Source of the DNA: an uncultured Nitrososphaerota archaeon
GTDB taxonomy: Archaea > Thermoproteota > EX4484-205 > JAAOZO01
DNA length: 64,000 nt
NCBI GenBank assembly: GCA_964408285.1
Contig: CAYOYV010000004.1
Span: 69,950 to 133,949 of the forward strand
Direction: 5' to 3'
The notes under the pieces are model-generated. The model was not told where the DNA came from. It saw only the letters and a program-made list of their open reading frames with translations, and searched no databases. Of this stretch, positions 40,352 to 49,758 are shown piece after piece. Each line of letters starts with the position of its first letter. Within the stretch, counting starts at the first letter, position 1. A program made the translations under genes and the position numbers.

Positions 40352-41515
40352 CTATACAAGTAGAAGGATAAAGGCAGCTAATATCGTGATCACTCCGCTC
40401 GCAATGAAGGGGTAGGTTATGTTGACTGAGGCCAATATCCCAGCAATGAAGGGAGCCGCTATACTGCCGATGGAACCTATGCCAGTGACTTTATTCGAGT
40501 CAGCACCCCTGCTGTCCTCTCTGCAATAGCTCTGAATGAGGGCACTGTGAATCGGAGTCCAATAAGCAGCTGCCAATAGGTCATGGGACACCCATACAAC
40601 CGTAGCCAAGAATAGATCTGATATGAGCGCCGTCACGGCTATGGATAGGCCTTGATATATCATAAGGAGAATCATTACGGCCTTCGATGGGAGCTTCTTG
40701 AGGAGAGCAAGCACCCTATCCGCGAATATCAAAGGTAGGGCGAAGCAAAGTCTATGAACAGTGAGAATGACCGACACCGTTGCATCGTCAACTCCGAACC
40801 TCTTGATGAAGAATAAGGGAGTCATGAATCCGTGACTACATCCAAATCCAACTGCCATGACAAGGCCCGAAATGGCGAAGATACTCAATTCCCTAGGCAG
40901 ATATGGCCCGGCCACTCTTGACTGCTTCTCCGTGACAGCTTCGGGGCGTTCCTCATGGAACGAGAAAGCAAATAGGAAGAATGCCACAGCTACAACGAGG
41001 GATGAGGCCCAAAAAGCCAGATTGAATGATGAGGCTGCAAGAATTAGTCCCGCTCCCAGGAGCCCCATCGCTTGAGAGAAATATTCCATCCCGTTGACTA
41101 TTGAGTAGGCGGCAAGGAATTTCTTCCTTGTAAGCTCGAAGAGAAGGACATTGTGAACGGAGTTTCTGGTCGAAAGGGAGGCCGAGTTTCCTACGGAAAG
41201 CACAAGCACCTCCCATAGACCTCTGAAGAAAGGGACGAAGAAATTCACCACGCTGGAGGCCGCCAAGCTGATCGAATAGAATAGTTTCCTTCCCTGAACA
41301 TCAGACTGCGACCCGATTAGGACAGTCAAGCCAGCTATCGTTGCCGCGGTTATGCTGAATAGAATGCCCATCTCTCTGAAAGTCACCCCTATCCAGTCCA
41401 AGTACAGAGGGAACAATACTTCATAGGCTCCTGTTGCATAGCCGAAGAGCAAGGAAACGAGTACCAAGGTACGGACGTTTCTGTTCAATAGCGCTCCCCA
41501 AGGACTGCAGACCAA
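40352..41515 (-). CDS. MFS transporter
   Basis: 12 predicted TM segments and an MFS motif-A-like loop GSQSDVQGRK. Confidence 0.7.
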   Translation of the reverse strand: MVCSPWGALLNRNVRTLVLVSLLFGYATGAYEVLFPLYLDWIGVTFREMGILFSITAATIAGLTVLIGSQSDVQGRKLFYSISLAASSVVNFFVPFFRGLWEVLVLSVGNSASLSTRNSVHNVLLFELTRKKFLAAYSIVNGMEYFSQAMGLLGAGLILAASSFNLAFWASSLVVAVAFFLFAFSFHEERPEAVTEKQSRVAGPYLPRELSIFAISGLVMAVGFGCSHGFMTPLFFIKRFGVDDATVSVILTVHRLCFALPLIFADRVLALLKKLPSKAVMILLMIYQGLSIAVTALISDLFLATVVWVSHDLLAAAYWTPIHSALIQSYCREDSRGADSNKVTGIGSIGSIAAPFIAGILASVNITYPFIASGVITILAAFILLLV

Positions 41516-41614
41516 TCATAAAAAGCTGAGGTTTGCTTGTAGACATCTTGAGAGTGCCCAAGATCTCATTGTCGCGAATGACGCAGAGTTTCGTATCTGT
41601 CCTAGTCGCTGGGT

Positions 41615-42249
41615 CTAGGATTTGGTCTTCCTTTTTCTCTGCCGTTTCTGAACAGCGACGCTCCTGAATTCTTTCACTGCGTCGGATGCAATCCAGCGGG
41701 CGACATCGGAATTCATACGCTGGATTTCCTTCGCAGCATGGATGGCGGCCCGGTTCAGGTTTGGATTTCTTTTCCCTATGTTCCTAAGGGACCAATTGAC
41801 GGCTTTCCTTACGTAGTTCCTTTCATCCGTAGCGGCTCTCTTCATCGCTGGGAGCAATAGGATGATTTTTTCGTCTTCAGCATCCCTGTCGTGCCACGCA
41901 ATGCAGGCAATCATTGCGAAGGCGGTTCTCTTCACGAATTCCTCTTCGCGCGTGGACCATTCGAGGATTTTCTTCCAGGCAAGGGGAGTCTTCTCGAAAA
42001 GTTCATGCAAACTTGGTCGCAGACATCCCAAGAGTCTATGTCATTAACCCAACTCTCCATTTGGTCCTCTGTCAACCTATCTGGTTCCTCGATCATGGCG
42101 ACAACAATCCTTGCCTCCGGTATTCTTGTTTTCCACAAATCGAGCGGCAACCTGTGATCCTTCCCGCATTCCTTGGCTATCCTTCGCATGTCCGGAACCG
42201 GGACCGCGCGCGCCAATCTTCGTTCAATGCTCATGCCGTACCGCGCCAT
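41615..42249 (-). pseudogene. AlkD-like HEAT-repeat DNA alkylation repair glycosylase, apparently frameshifted
   Basis: Two overlapping minus-strand ORFs in different frames (41932..42249 N-terminal part, 41615..42031 C-terminal part) together resemble a ~210-aa AlkD-like protein. Confidence 0.4.
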
Positions 42250-42507
42250 CCCCTCAAGTTGCCCTAGCCTTTAGTTTCCGTAGGACCTCCTGAACTAAGG
42301 CCATGGCCTGACGTGGGTTCTCAAAGCCAAAAATGAGCTCCGAACATCGCACGTTATCGACCTTTTGTGGTCAAGAAGTACCCGCGTTGTCGAGCGCCCT
42401 TCCGAGTTCGATGTCTATCTTGGATCATAGGATCCTAGTAACAGCATGTAACGATATCCTGATATATCTCCGGTCGAGATCGCACATTCTGTATTAAGCT
42501 TACACGC

Positions 42508-43620
42508 GTGAAAGGGGCGATGACTACGGAGTATGCAATTGAGACGATCGATCTAGTCAAGAGGTATCCAACAAGCGCCAGAAGGGAGAGGGATGGTCCT
42601 GGTGGTCATATCGGCCGACAAGTTACCTCTTTCAGCGGCGTATTCAATGCTCTCAAGGGATCGAAGGGGCCTTTCGTCGAGGCCCTCAGAGGAGTCAGCC
42701 TAAAGGTAGATGGGGGACAGATCTTTGGTGTGTTGGGACCAAATGGCGCTGGCAAGACAACCTTGATCAAGATCCTCTGCACTCTAGTGATTCACGATGA
42801 AGGCGAAGCCTATGTTAACGGGTTCGATGTCAGGAAGGAACCCGTCGAGGTGCTTAAGAACCTTCAAGCGGTCTTACCGGAGAGCAGGGGGTTCAATTGG
42901 AGGCTGACTGGAAGGCAGAATCTGGAATTCTATGCGTCGCTCTATGGACTCAGAGAGAAAGAGGCGAAGGAGAGGATTGATTATCTTCTGGAATTCACTG
43001 GCCTGATGGAACGGGCGAATGATGGCTATCAGCGCTATTCTAGTGGGATGCAACGCAAGTTGTTGCTTTGTAGGGCTTTGCTCAGAAGTACGCGCACACT
43101 GCTCTTTGATGAGCCAACAGCGGGCTTGGATCCTGCCTCCGCGACTGAATTCCGCAGCCTCCTGCGTGACAAGCTAACCCGTGAGGAGGGAAAAACAATC
43201 CTTCTTAGCACCCACAATCTATATGAGGCCCAAGGCATATGCGATCGAATAGCTATCCTCGATAGGGGGAAGATAACAGCGTGTAATGCGCCCGACAACA
43301 TACGTTACATGATGTTCGACGAGAAGATTTTCGAGATCACTTTCATCAATGCGACCTACAACGATGAGCATGAGAAGATGATCGATGAACTGGAGGAAAT
43401 CCCTGATGTGCATGGTGCCACTCCAGACGTAGATATGGAGGGGGAGTTCCTTGGGGTTTCCGTACGAGTGAACAAGAACATGGATCTCTCAGATATCTTG
43501 GATGTCATCATAAAGAGAGGATTGAAGATAAGGATGATAAACACCAAGGAGCCTAGCTTGGAGGACGCTTTCATGGCCATTACGGGAAAGCATGGAGGGC
43601 ATGGGGATTGGGGGAAATAG
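42508..43620 (+). CDS. ABC transporter ATP-binding protein (ABC-2 type, with a C-terminal domain)
   Basis: Walker A GPNGAGKTTL, signature YSSGMQRKL, Walker B LLFDEPTAGLD. Confidence 0.8.
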   Translation: MKGAMTTEYAIETIDLVKRYPTSARRERDGPGGHIGRQVTSFSGVFNALKGSKGPFVEALRGVSLKVDGGQIFGVLGPNGAGKTTLIKILCTLVIHDEGEAYVNGFDVRKEPVEVLKNLQAVLPESRGFNWRLTGRQNLEFYASLYGLREKEAKERIDYLLEFTGLMERANDGYQRYSSGMQRKLLLCRALLRSTRTLLFDEPTAGLDPASATEFRSLLRDKLTREEGKTILLSTHNLYEAQGICDRIAILDRGKITACNAPDNIRYMMFDEKIFEITFINATYNDEHEKMIDELEEIPDVHGATPDVDMEGEFLGVSVRVNKNMDLSDILDVIIKRGLKIRMINTKEPSLEDAFMAITGKHGGHGDWGK

Positions 43621-43624
43621 AAAG

Positions 43625-44437
43625 ATGGAGATTCCTATAGAGCTGCAGCAGATCTTGGCCTTCACAAAGAGAGACTTTCACAGTTGGACAACCTATAGGG
43701 CTCTGGTGATCACACAAATCATTAATGTCTTCATAGGTGTCCTTTCCTGGGGGGTAGGAGCGGCCTATGTACAGAAACCAGTCGCGGAGATGTATGGCAG
43801 CGACTACATATCCTTCCTCCTAGTGGGAATAGCGATCGGGAACCTGATAATGCCACTTGCACAGGGATTTCAAGCTCTGAATCCTTGGACCCTCGAAACA
43901 ATCTTGATGACGGGCATAAGCACCACGGTGTTTGTTATTGGCAACGTTATGTGGACATACATCTTCTCTATAATCACATTCATCCCTTATCTTATCATCG
44001 GCATCAATTTCTTCGATGTTAAGCTGAATGCAAACATACCCTCAGTCATCTTTGCCTTCGCGATCTCAGCTGCGATATTGATTGGTCTGGCCATGATCTC
44101 CACGGGTTTGAGGATCGTGACCAAGTCGATGGATCCTATCACCTGGGCCATCAACGTACTCCAGAACCTCCTTTCAGGTATTACCTTTCCCGTGATCTAT
44201 CTAGACATGATATTCTTTCCCGGTGTCTCAACGATCTCGTGGCTGCTTCCCCAAACGTGGGTCTATCACCTGTGTCGGTTATCCATGCTAACCAATGCTT
44301 CGCTCTTAGACCCTAGAATCTTGGTAGAGTTTCTAAAGGGATCCATATTTGCCGTCATAGTCCTACCAATTGGCTACAAGATATTCCAATGGGGATTGAC
44401 CAAATCCAAACGGGAAGGAACTCTAGGTTGGTATTGA
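43625..44437 (+). CDS. ABC-2 family transporter permease
   Basis: 6 TM segments, immediately after the ATPase. ATG at 43625 preceded by GGGGG. The ORF track extends upstream to 43592. Confidence 0.65.
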   Translation: MEIPIELQQILAFTKRDFHSWTTYRALVITQIINVFIGVLSWGVGAAYVQKPVAEMYGSDYISFLLVGIAIGNLIMPLAQGFQALNPWTLETILMTGISTTVFVIGNVMWTYIFSIITFIPYLIIGINFFDVKLNANIPSVIFAFAISAAILIGLAMISTGLRIVTKSMDPITWAINVLQNLLSGITFPVIYLDMIFFPGVSTISWLLPQTWVYHLCRLSMLTNASLLDPRILVEFLKGSIFAVIVLPIGYKIFQWGLTKSKREGTLGWY

Positions 44438-44707
44438 TTTTGTTCCCCTTGGATCAAGTAGAGACGCCCATGCTGCTCTATTGATGAAAGTCGAAGGAGG
44501 ACTCTTATCGCTGATTTCACTCAGATCTGCCGGTGGCCTAGGATAATAGAAAATTGGAGCTTGATCCTAGGACTGCTCTTTGAGAGTTGGAATGGTACCA
44601 AGAGGGCTGTGTTTGCCCATCGGAATCAACAAACCCAATTGACTCTACTCCTCCGAGCACAGAACATCAGGGACAACTAGCTTGGCCCTAGGAAAGGCTC
44701 CTTGCTC

Positions 44708-44809
44708 CTACTTCCCGCAACAATCCTTGTACTTCTTCCCACTGCCGCAGCCGCACGGGTCGTTTGGTTTCGTTTTCTTCTTTCCTTTCGCGAATTTTTT
44801 CCCCGGCAT
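44708..44809 (-). CDS. 33-aa lysine-rich SEC-C-motif zinc-binding peptide
   Basis: The hand-translated minus strand gives MPGKKFAKGKKKTKPNDPCGCGSGKKYKDCCGK*. CxC-SGKKYKDCC is the SecA C-terminal SEC-C motif. Not in the ORF track (under 60 aa). Confidence 0.45.
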   Translation of the reverse strand: MPGKKFAKGKKKTKPNDPCGCGSGKKYKDCCGK

Positions 44810-44843
44810 TTTCTGATTCCAAAATGGATAAAGCTGGGCCTGA

Positions 44844-44851
44844 TTATTAAA
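44844..44851 (-). promoter_or_regulatory. Candidate TATA box upstream of the SEC-C peptide gene
   Basis: TTTAATAA on the transcribed strand, 35-42 nt upstream of the ATG. Confidence 0.25.
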
Positions 44852-45048
44852 TTTTCCCGTTCAGCATTAGGCTTTCTGCATCTGATGGCAATTGTGCTAG
44901 TATCTTTCTCGAAAGATTGCAGTCTCCGGGAGGACGTAGTTGAACCAACGGACCTCTGCGGGAAGCCCCCCGTTGATCGGCAGCCGTAAGTGACTTGATA
45001 GACAAGATTAATTACTTTTCAATTCTGCCATACTGAAGCGGGGATACA

Positions 45049-45861
45049 ATGAAGTCATGCATAAACGGGGCCACCACAATGCCATATAACCTCGAACATG
45101 ACATCAAATCAGCGAACAAAGTCGGCTTTAAGGGAGTGGAGATCTGGGTCAGCAAGCTTAGGGAATTCCTGAGGGACCACACAGAGGAGGTCCTGAAGCG
45201 CCTGCTAAGTGACTCAGCGATATCTGCCCCCTCCCTTTGTGCGTTCAGTGGGTTCATCTATTGCTCCGAAGGGGAGTTTGGCAAAAGGGTCCAAGATCTA
45301 AAGAACCTCTTAAAAGTGGGGCAAACTGTCGGCACCGAGTACGTCATAGTATGTGCAGAGGGCTTCGGGGACAGAAGAATTGAGGAGGCAAAGCATGCAC
45401 ATATCTCTAGGATAAGAAGACTGAGCTCGATCACTGGCGACTATGGAATCAAGATAGCGATGGAATGGTTTTGGGAACTGCCGCTAGCAATAGAAATCGT
45501 GAGGGAAATAGATGATGAGAGAGTTGGCCTGTTAGTAGATACATTCCATTGGTATAGGGGAGACGGGAATCTCGAGCACCTCAAGCAAGTGCCATCCGAC
45601 AAGGTCTTTTTCCTCCATGTGAACGATTGTGAGGATCTACCGAGAAATGATTTGACGGACAAGAATAGGCTCTATTGTGGAAAGGGAATTCTGCCTCTGT
45701 CTGATTTATTCAGCATATTCAGGGACAAGAATTACGATGGATATCTCTCAGTCGAAGTATTCAGAGAAGAGTATTGGAAGAAGGATCCAGAAGAAATCTC
45801 TAGTATGGCCTACAGAACTCTCACAGAAACCGCATCAAGATGTGGATTCTCGCTTTCTTAG
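45049..45861 (+). CDS. Sugar phosphate isomerase/epimerase (xylose-isomerase-like TIM barrel)
   Basis: IAMEW...HVND pattern. 270 aa. Confidence 0.65.
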   Translation: MKSCINGATTMPYNLEHDIKSANKVGFKGVEIWVSKLREFLRDHTEEVLKRLLSDSAISAPSLCAFSGFIYCSEGEFGKRVQDLKNLLKVGQTVGTEYVIVCAEGFGDRRIEEAKHAHISRIRRLSSITGDYGIKIAMEWFWELPLAIEIVREIDDERVGLLVDTFHWYRGDGNLEHLKQVPSDKVFFLHVNDCEDLPRNDLTDKNRLYCGKGILPLSDLFSIFRDKNYDGYLSVEVFREEYWKKDPEEISSMAYRTLTETASRCGFSLS

Positions 45862-46037
45862 GGTAGCTCTCGAGACCTGCCTGTTTGCCAAGCTATGCTA
45901 GAACCCTGCCTTTCCCTAGATGCTTCGGAGCATTCAACGCGCCCGGAATACAACAAGAAAATCATTTTCTGCAAGCAAAAAAAGATTCTTTTCCCAAACG
46001 GCTTATCATCGTTCATTATACAAGATTCTCCGATTGA

Positions 46038-46826
46038 ATGATGGCGAAGATATCACTTGGTTCGATCTTAGGAGGAGGAGTTGCAGCCCTATTGATGGGA
46101 TTCTTGACAGATTCAATATTGCTCGATATAGCGCATAGAACTGGGGTGATTGAAGGGGCATCCTCCTTGGCATCCTTGCCAGCGGTAATGGCTATGCTGC
46201 TATCGGTGTCATATTTTCTGGGGGCCAGCCTCACAAAGGAGCTGCTCTTTGCCATGGTGGCAAGCCTGATTCTCTTCGCCAGCGGGATCATGGCCGTAAG
46301 GGCGCGCCTTCCCCCTGCTCCAGTTGGCATCGCTTCTGGACTGGTTTCTTTTGTCATACTCAGGAAATTGTTCACCAGAAACAAACCAGATCTGCACGAC
46401 ACCGAAAAAACAAGAAACGCGCTCAGCAATAGGACAATAGTCGCATATCAGAGGGTCAATGTTGACGACCTAGAGCGAATCAGTGATGCCCTCTACAGCA
46501 TCAGGAATACTGCCCTTTTCGTTAAGCCCTCTCTGCTGAAGACAAGGATCTTTGCAGTGCTTTCCATCGATGATGTTGACAGGGGAATTCTGGATCGCTC
46601 CCTCGAAACGCTGCCGGTGAACTACGCAATCCTTGAGACCGAGGATCGCGGCGAGCATAGTGCCTATGTAATACTCACATCTGAGGGCATGTTTACGAAG
46701 AGCAACCTCGAGAAAGAAGTAGCGAAAGTACTAAGCTCTGCAAATATCCTGACATTGCAGGGAGCGGAAATCGTCCCATCAGACGAAGCGAGTAATCCAA
46801 TCACTGCTTGGGAGATAGGGAAATGA
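46038..46826 (+). CDS. Membrane protein with a cytoplasmic C-terminal domain
   Basis: Four N-terminal hydrophobic segments and a ~140-aa soluble tail. Overlaps the next gene by 19 nt. Confidence 0.4.
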   Translation: MMAKISLGSILGGGVAALLMGFLTDSILLDIAHRTGVIEGASSLASLPAVMAMLLSVSYFLGASLTKELLFAMVASLILFASGIMAVRARLPPAPVGIASGLVSFVILRKLFTRNKPDLHDTEKTRNALSNRTIVAYQRVNVDDLERISDALYSIRNTALFVKPSLLKTRIFAVLSIDDVDRGILDRSLETLPVNYAILETEDRGEHSAYVILTSEGMFTKSNLEKEVAKVLSSANILTLQGAEIVPSDEASNPITAWEIGK

Positions 46827-47044
46827 GCCAGGTAGCCAACCGTGCCGAAGATGAGGAGAAGGAATTCGCTGAAAGCATCTTGAACTCTCTTCTGCATGCT
46901 CCCGTGGATCTTTTTGACGCCAAGAAGGATGAAAAACTGAAGGCAACTCTAGACAGGCTTGTCTCGGAGGGAAGGGTCGAACTGGTGTACAGACTGAGAG
47001 AGCAGAAGAGGCGCGGCAGGAGGATTTACTTGGTGAGGCTATGA
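46808..47044 (+). CDS. Small acidic protein with a basic wing-like C-terminus (first gene of the overlapping operon)
   Basis: 78 aa ending RVELVYRLREQKRRGRRIYLVRL. ATGA overlap with the next gene. Confidence 0.35.
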   Translation: MGDREMSQVANRAEDEEKEFAESILNSLLHAPVDLFDAKKDEKLKATLDRLVSEGRVELVYRLREQKRRGRRIYLVRL

Positions 47045-48297
47045 TGAGCAGGGCAGAGCGCCTCCTGATTGAAAACTCGATAGTGCCCTCTGAGGGTCAA
47101 ATATTCGCCGAGGGATCCGAAGTCGTGGAAACCATAAAGTCGAAACTTGAGAACTATGTGCATCTGAACCCGCGGCCTGTCGCGACAGAAAGGGAGGTTG
47201 TCTCTCTGTTGGGCCTGAACGCTTCCATTCGTCCTTTCAGGGTACCAGAAGTCGAAGATCCCTATAGCTACGTCGCGAACCTGGTTGAGGTCCTGAAGAG
47301 CACAATGCACGTGGACGATTTTTCTGCTTCGATATTGAAGAAGGTCCTCTACACATTGGTCGCCTCACATAAGGAACCTACAATCGAGCTGGTCAGGGAA
47401 ATGGTGGAGGAGGAGGCGACATACTTGACCGCGACTGAGTATATGAGCGTCAGGAGGCTAGAATCCGTCCTCGCGGACATGACAGTGGGAACCTTCGGAT
47501 CAGCCATGAAGGAGGAAAGGCTTGAACTCCAAGGTAGAGTCCTCGTAGCGATACCCGACGAGTTTCCCGTCATGTTCCGCTACGTTCCATTGGCAGTAGT
47601 ACTACTGAGACTCATTCACATGAAGGTGGACACTCCTATCATAATATCAGATGTCGAGGGCTATGTCCCCAGCAGAAGCAACGTTTTGCGCGAAGAGAGG
47701 GCCGTCATGTTCGAGCGGATATCTTACTTTGTGCGGTTATTCGACATCCTATCCAGAAGGAGAAGCATGGTCCTGCTTCAGAGCATGAGCTCAACTCTCG
47801 TCGCTTCCGAAGTCTTAATGAATTCCCGCAACATAATTCTCCGGAGGCCTAGAACTGATCAAGAGTTAAGGACTTTCGAGGGATTTGGAATACAATGGGA
47901 GAGACTGGCCCCCACCGACGCGATAATGCTGAGTCCTGCTTCCAATCTCTTCGCAAAGAGACTCAGAATTCAGCAGGTGAGGCTTGAGGAAATCAAGGTT
48001 ACACGAGAAATACCTGTACAATACTACTGCGTCCAACCAATTCTCAAGAGGCTTTTCGGAGGGGACTGGGAGAAAGCTGTGGATATATTGAAGTTCGTTC
48101 GGGATTCGCAGCCCGTTAACCTCGAAAGCCTGGAGACTTATGCTGAGACGAAGTTTGGAAAAATCAAGACTCTCAGGACCTTGATCTCTGTTGGCATGGT
48201 CCAATCATCCAAGACTCTAATGGGGCTCTCATACAGCATCACAAAAAGGGGAGAGAAGGCAATAGGAGAGATTGAAGAAGGAGGCCGGAAGTCGTGA
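47041..48297 (+). CDS. Hypothetical 418-aa protein with a winged-helix-like C-terminal region
   Basis: No NTPase motif. The C-terminal ~90 aa have an HTH/wH-like pattern. ATGA overlaps on both sides. Confidence 0.45.
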   Translation: MMSRAERLLIENSIVPSEGQIFAEGSEVVETIKSKLENYVHLNPRPVATEREVVSLLGLNASIRPFRVPEVEDPYSYVANLVEVLKSTMHVDDFSASILKKVLYTLVASHKEPTIELVREMVEEEATYLTATEYMSVRRLESVLADMTVGTFGSAMKEERLELQGRVLVAIPDEFPVMFRYVPLAVVLLRLIHMKVDTPIIISDVEGYVPSRSNVLREERAVMFERISYFVRLFDILSRRRSMVLLQSMSSTLVASEVLMNSRNIILRRPRTDQELRTFEGFGIQWERLAPTDAIMLSPASNLFAKRLRIQQVRLEEIKVTREIPVQYYCVQPILKRLFGGDWEKAVDILKFVRDSQPVNLESLETYAETKFGKIKTLRTLISVGMVQSSKTLMGLSYSITKRGEKAIGEIEEGGRKS

Positions 48298-48779
48298 TGG
48301 AAGGAACGGAAGCTACTCCGTTGCCAGAGGAGGACATTTTGTTCCAAAAGACAGGACTGAGATGGTATGTGGGGTTCCGTCAAATCCCGTCAAACATACC
48401 TATCGGAAGTGTAGAGGCTGAGATCAAAACGGTCTCGACTCGGAATGGAATCTATGTCCTCAGAAGGCTTCTGTTGCGCCCGAAGCTTAGACAGAACAAG
48501 ATAGTCGAGATTCAGGCCGAACTCTATCCACTGTGCAAGTTCAAGGAAATACTGAAAGCAGAAGTGAAACGACTCAGCTACATCAAGGATTGCCAGGATG
48601 AGATCGCGGAAGCCAAGAGTGAAATCAATTCCTGCAGCAATGGCTTGAGCAGAATCTCTTGGTTGTTGAGCCAGAAGGAAAGAGAAACAGTGGAGATAAG
48701 TGAGGAGATCCAGTTCTGCAAGAACCATTTGGGCATCCTCAGGAAGTTGATAGCGGAGGCAGAGAAAAACAATGGGTGA
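48294..48779 (+). CDS. Coiled-coil protein
   Basis: The C-terminal 80 aa are heptad-like and E/K-rich. Overlaps both neighbours. Confidence 0.4.
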   Translation: MMEGTEATPLPEEDILFQKTGLRWYVGFRQIPSNIPIGSVEAEIKTVSTRNGIYVLRRLLLRPKLRQNKIVEIQAELYPLCKFKEILKAEVKRLSYIKDCQDEIAEAKSEINSCSNGLSRISWLLSQKERETVEISEEIQFCKNHLGILRKLIAEAEKNNG

Positions 48780-49758
48780 AGAAACGGAGGAAACGGGACA
48801 AACTAAGGCTTGTCAGCTTTCCGATCTGAGCGGGCTTGGAGACAAGAGCATTGAGAGGCTCAATTCCATCGGAATCTACAGCGTCAGACAGCTCGCACTG
48901 TACAACAAGACTGAGATACTCGACTATCTTTCCGACTTTGATCCGCCCCGCCTCACCAGGGCCTTACATCAAGCCAGGGCCATCTGCTTTCCACCTAGGA
49001 CATATACTGGGGAAGAGAAGGAAAAAGGAGTCAGGGGACTTGATAGACTTCCGTCAGGTCTCAGGAACTTGGATGCACTGCTCGGAGGAGGTCTTGCGCA
49101 GACCTTCATATACGAACTAGTCGGCGAGTACGGAGTCGGAAAGACCCAAGTTTGTCATCAACTCGCAGTGCAAGCCCACATGAACAGATGGGGTACCTAT
49201 TACATAGACACTGAGAACACCTTCAGAATAGACAGGATCGCCCAGATGGCTCAAAGGTTCGGCCTGAAGGAATCCATAGAAGGAGGACAACTGAGACATA
49301 GCGTTCTTACTTCGACGCCACTGAATGTAGACCAGCTGATCGATGTCATCAGAATTGAACTTACGAATGCCGTGGAGCAAAAGAACGTGAAACTGTGTGT
49401 CCTAGATAGCTTGATTGCCCAATTCAGGAGCGAGTTCAAAGGCAGAGAGCATTTAGCAGAAAGGCAACAGACATTGAGCTATGTGCTGGGTTGGCTTCTG
49501 AGGGCCGCAATGCTCTATAAGATATTCGTAGTGATCACCAACCACATAATGGCACAACCAATGGGCTATGCTCCAGCAAAGGCTGCTGGAGGTCATGTCG
49601 TAGAGCACGGCACCACTTACAGGCTCTTCATAAGGAAGGAGAAAGAGAAGTTCGAGATGAGCGTTGAGGATGCCCCAGATCTCCCGTTTGGAGCGAGCAT
49701 TCAGTATACGATTGGTGAAGGCGGCCTGTTCGAAGCAGAAGAGAAACGGAAAAAATGA
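48772..49758 (+). CDS. RadA/Rad51-family recombinase-like ATPase with an N-terminal HhH domain (divergent)
   Basis: HhH (LSDLSGLGDKSIERLNSIGIYSVRQL). Walker A GEYGVGKTQ, IDTENTFR, Walker B KLCVLDSLIAQFRSEF, AERQQ, GGHVVEHGTTYRLFIRK, DAPDLP. Colinear with canonical archaeal RadA, at roughly 40-45% identity by eye. Confidence 0.75.
   Translation: MGEETEETGQTKACQLSDLSGLGDKSIERLNSIGIYSVRQLALYNKTEILDYLSDFDPPRLTRALHQARAICFPPRTYTGEEKEKGVRGLDRLPSGLRNLDALLGGGLAQTFIYELVGEYGVGKTQVCHQLAVQAHMNRWGTYYIDTENTFRIDRIAQMAQRFGLKESIEGGQLRHSVLTSTPLNVDQLIDVIRIELTNAVEQKNVKLCVLDSLIAQFRSEFKGREHLAERQQTLSYVLGWLLRAAMLYKIFVVITNHIMAQPMGYAPAKAAGGHVVEHGTTYRLFIRKEKEKFEMSVEDAPDLPFGASIQYTIGEGGLFEAEEKRKK

Noticed and set aside
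44702-44989. 95-aa + strand ORF from the track
   Set aside because: The translation is low-complexity (LLLPATILVLLPTAAAARVVWFRFLLSF...) and is the antisense shadow of the much more convincing SEC-C peptide gene.
48772-49758. Calling the RadA-family gene simply radA
   Set aside because: Identity to canonical RadA appears moderate and the operon context is atypical. Orthology cannot be settled without checking the genome for another copy.
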